Shown: positions 61,400-64,000 of the stretch, one piece after another | Numbering within the stretch: position 1 is the stretch's first letter | Layout: each line of letters opens with the position of its first letter | Assembly (NCBI GenBank): GCA_036802945.1 | Contig: DAIRVG010000001.1 | Location: forward strand, 33,166 to 97,165 | Direction of reading: 5' to 3' | DNA length: 64,000 bases | Origin: Vicinamibacterales bacterium | Lineage (GTDB): Bacteria > Acidobacteriota > Vicinamibacteria > Vicinamibacterales > UBA2999 | Position numbers and translations under genes: made by a program | The notes under the pieces: generated by a model | What the model saw: the letters and a program-made list of their open reading frames with translations, nothing else | Database searches by the model: none | Told to the model about the DNA's origin: nothing

Positions 61400-63063
61400 A
61401 GATTCTGTTTCTGATGGACTCGCCGGAGTACCTCCGGTTTTTCGACTCGGTGATCGGTGAGCTCGCCGCGCGCGGACACCAGGTCACTCTCGCCGTCGGG
61501 TACGGGCGCGAGAAGAAACCGGTCGGGCTCGAGGGGTTGCACGCGCACTTTCCCAACGTGCGCGTCGCCGGCGTCGTTCCGCAGGCGGAAGGGATGTGGG
61601 CCGACATCGCGTTCAGGCTCCGCGGAATCATGGATTTCGTTCGGTACCTTCACCCGCGGTTCGCGGCCGCGCCGGCGCTTCGCGCGCGGATGAAGCGGAA
61701 GGTGCTGCCGTCCGCGTATCACTGGCTGGACGCGATTCCACGCGTCGCTCCCGACACGGTGCGGCGGCTCGAACGCGTGTTGATGGCCGGTGAGCAGGCC
61801 GTGCCGCTGAATCGGCTCATCGTCGACTTCCTGCGCAATGAAGCGCCCGACGTGCTGCTGGTCTCGCCCCTCGTCGCGTCAGCATCACCGCAGGTGGATT
61901 GGATCAAGGCGGCACGCGCGTGCGGCATCCGCACGGCGGTGTGCGTGGCAAGTTGGGACAACTTGACCAACAAGGGGCTCATGCGTGTCGAGCCCGATCT
62001 GGTCGTCGTCTGGAACGATGCCCAGAAGCGGGAAGCCTCCGAGTACCACTACATTCCCGCCGAGAAAGTGGTCACGACGGGAGCGCAGCCGTTCGACCGC
62101 TGGTTTGCGAGACAGGTCACGCGCGAACGCGACGCGTTCTGCGCGCGCGTGGGCCTGCCGGACGATGGACCGTTCATCCTCTTCACGGGATCGTCCGCGT
62201 TCATCTCACGTTCGAACGTCGAGGTGCCTTTCGTTCGGCGCTGGATCGCCTCGCTGCGCGCCAGCGACGATCCGGTGCTGCAGCGGATCAACATCCTGGT
62301 CAGGCCGCATCCGTACAACTATCACTCGTGGGCAACCGACCCGCTGGCTGACCTGTCCGGCGTGAGGGTGTTTCCGCCACGGGGGTACAATCCTGTAGAC
62401 GAAGAGAATCGGGCGGACTTCTTCGATTCGCTCCACCACTGCACGGCGGTCGTCGGGGTCAATACGAGCGCCATGATCGAAGCAGCGATTCTCGGGCGTC
62501 CGGTCTTCTCGATGCTCTCGGAGGAGTTCGCGGGCACGCAGGAGGGGACCATTCATTTTCATTACCTGCTGCCCGAAAACGGCGGATTCCTGCGAATCGC
62601 GGCAGGTCTCGACGAGCACGTCCGGCAGCTCGCGGAACGGCTCGCCGACACCGAGGGGGCGCGGGCAGAGACTCAGCGATTTGTCGCCAGCTTTCTGCGA
62701 CCTCATGGGCTCGATCGGGCGGCCACGCCAATTTTTGCGGATGCAGTAGAGCAACTGGCCGCCACGCCGGCGCCCGCGCCCGTTTTTGCACCCGCTTGGG
62801 CGCTGGTTCTGCGACCCCTGTTGCTCGCGGGCGCGCTCGTTCAGGCCGCGGCGAACGTGGCCAAGAAGGGCAAGAAACGTATCCCGGGAAGACGCCGGGT
62901 CATCAACGCGGTGCACCGGACCGGCAAGACTGCTCACCGGACGAGAAAGGGACTGGCGAAGGCAGGGCGGGTGGCCGCGTCACGGCTGCGCCGACGTGCG
63001 AAGCTCGCAGGGAAGCAGTGGCAGAGGGTGGTCGTCAAGCCGCTGCGAACGGGGCGCGAATAG
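61396..63063 (+). CDS. GT-B-like family P protein (copy P5)
   Basis: Contains MKILFLMDSPEYLRFFDSVIGELAARGHQV, ASWDNLTNKG, VWNDAQKREA, TTGAQPFDRWF, ILFTGSS, VRPHP, VGVNTSAMIEAAILGRPV and TQEGTIHFHYL, plus a Lys/Arg-rich tail. Confidence 0.75.
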   Translation: MKILFLMDSPEYLRFFDSVIGELAARGHQVTLAVGYGREKKPVGLEGLHAHFPNVRVAGVVPQAEGMWADIAFRLRGIMDFVRYLHPRFAAAPALRARMKRKVLPSAYHWLDAIPRVAPDTVRRLERVLMAGEQAVPLNRLIVDFLRNEAPDVLLVSPLVASASPQVDWIKAARACGIRTAVCVASWDNLTNKGLMRVEPDLVVVWNDAQKREASEYHYIPAEKVVTTGAQPFDRWFARQVTRERDAFCARVGLPDDGPFILFTGSSAFISRSNVEVPFVRRWIASLRASDDPVLQRINILVRPHPYNYHSWATDPLADLSGVRVFPPRGYNPVDEENRADFFDSLHHCTAVVGVNTSAMIEAAILGRPVFSMLSEEFAGTQEGTIHFHYLLPENGGFLRIAAGLDEHVRQLAERLADTEGARAETQRFVASFLRPHGLDRAATPIFADAVEQLAATPAPAPVFAPAWALVLRPLLLAGALVQAAANVAKKGKKRIPGRRRVINAVHRTGKTAHRTRKGLAKAGRVAASRLRRRAKLAGKQWQRVVVKPLRTGRE

Positions 63064-63093
63064 CTGGTGTGTCACTGAAAGAGGTTTTCTGTC

Positions 63094-64000
63094 ATGTTCC
63101 GGAATCTTGTTGCCTCGCTCGCCAATCTCCGACCGGGTTCACAGGCACACCTCCGTCAGGCAGTCGACGTTCTGTCCGCCGACGCCCGCGAACTGAAGTG
63201 CACCGTCGCACAGCTCGTGGAGCAGCAGCAGCGCTTCGAAGCCAGTTCCGCACGTTGGGCCGGGGAGATTAGCGAACAGCTGTCGGCGCTCGCAGGCATG
63301 CGGGAAGTGCTGGATTCGCTGGTCCTGCGCGAATCGCAGCTGCGCGCGATCCTTCAGGCGGACGCCGCGCTCCAGGCGAAGTTCGACGAGCTCGAGACGA
63401 AGCCGATCCTCAAGGAGCCTCGCATCGCGAGAGTTGCCGGCGCCGCAGTGGAACGCGCCGAGTTACGCATGGATCCTTTTCCGCACGCCGTCATCGAGGA
63501 CCTGTTTCCACGCAGTTTCTACAAGGCGCTTGTGCACGGCATTCCACCGGTCGAGCTGTTCGAGGACAAGCCGGTCAACCACCAGCAGCTGCCCGTGCCA
63601 TTCACACTCGGCCCTGCCTACAGCCGGCGCGTGTGGAGCTTCATGACTGAAGTCGTCGAGCGCGTCATGGTGCCCCTGCTCGTCGACAAGTTCCGCGCCC
63701 CCTTGGAGACCTGGATCGCGGAGAATTGGCCGGCGCTCGCGGCCGACCCTCTCGGGCCGCCAATGGAGCTGCACGGAAATGCTGGACGCGTCATGCGGCG
63801 GCGTCGCGGTTACAACATCCCGCCGCATCGCGATCCGAAATGGGGGTTTCTCACCTGCCTCGTCTACCTGGCACGATCAGGCGATCCGGAGACGTGGGGC
63901 ACCGGCCTGTACGCCGTCGATGAGGATCAGGAGGCGCAGGGCGCCCTGCCGCACTGGATCGACCCAACGATCTGCCGTCTTGTGCGGGAGGTCCCGTTCA
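63094..64000 (+). CDS. Partial CDS (3' end outside window): N-terminal coiled coil + putative 2OG-Fe(II) oxygenase-like domain
   Basis: This ORF is not in the supplied track because it has no stop in the window. I translated it by hand and found no stop from ATG 63094 to 64000. GAAAGAGG lies 9 nt upstream of the ATG. The N-terminal ~100 aa are coiled-coil-like. They are followed by DPFPHAVIEDLFP and an HxD motif (PPHRDPKWGFLTCLVYL) as in the cupin/2OG oxygenase fold. Confidence 0.6.
   Translation, partial: MFRNLVASLANLRPGSQAHLRQAVDVLSADARELKCTVAQLVEQQQRFEASSARWAGEISEQLSALAGMREVLDSLVLRESQLRAILQADAALQAKFDELETKPILKEPRIARVAGAAVERAELRMDPFPHAVIEDLFPRSFYKALVHGIPPVELFEDKPVNHQQLPVPFTLGPAYSRRVWSFMTEVVERVMVPLLVDKFRAPLETWIAENWPALAADPLGPPMELHGNAGRVMRRRRGYNIPPHRDPKWGFLTCLVYLARSGDPETWGTGLYAVDEDQEAQGALPHWIDPTICRLVREVPF

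Noticed and set aside
1-64000. Mobile element, genomic island, defence or toxin-antitoxin content
   Set aside because: I saw no integrase, transposase, recombinase, phage-like gene, inverted terminal repeat, flanking tRNA, restriction/Cas/Abi-type motif or small paired TA-like ORFs. GC content and codon style look uniform by eye. The locus reads as biosynthetic and core rather than as mobile or defensive.

Overview
High-GC (about 65-67%) bacterial chromosomal segment, densely coding, with about 48 genes. Many start and stop codons overlap by 1-4 nt (ATGA/GTGA), so much of it reads as translationally coupled operons. Apart from three housekeeping or unrelated blocks, nearly the whole window (about 5.1-64 kb) is one very large envelope-glycan biosynthesis and export locus. 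The three blocks are secreted PKD/BACON-repeat proteins at 1-3.6 kb, pdxA at 4.2-5.0 kb and smpB at 12.3-12.7 kb. Recognisable modules in the locus:
- a GDP-sugar branch: gmd, a DegT aminotransferase and a C-methyltransferase
- a dTDP/UDP amino-sugar branch: rfbB-like dehydratase, ArnB-like aminotransferase, SDR, N-formyltransferase, hexapeptide and GNAT acyltransferases, WbqC-like protein, AsnB-type amidotransferase and a radical SAM/SPASM enzyme
- a NodU-type carbamoyltransferase fused to a NodB-type deacetylase
- four GT2 polyprenyl-phosphate glycosyltransferase-like genes and six SAM methyltransferases
- an ABC exporter: Wzt with a C-terminal extension plus two tandem Wzm permeases

Four things look unusual:
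1. Six paralogues of a cytoplasmic GT-B-like family I cannot assign to a named family, four of them in tandem.
2. Seven very large polytopic GT-C-like membrane proteins, in two paralogous families of three plus one YfhO-like protein.
3. Two HTTM-like membrane proteins, one next to a DCC-family thiol oxidoreductase and one coupled to the exporter.
4. An ~80-nt intergenic element conserved in two copies in front of two sub-operons.

I found no rRNA, tRNA, CRISPR array, transposase or integrase. All family assignments come from motif recognition by eye and need HMM or structure searches to confirm.
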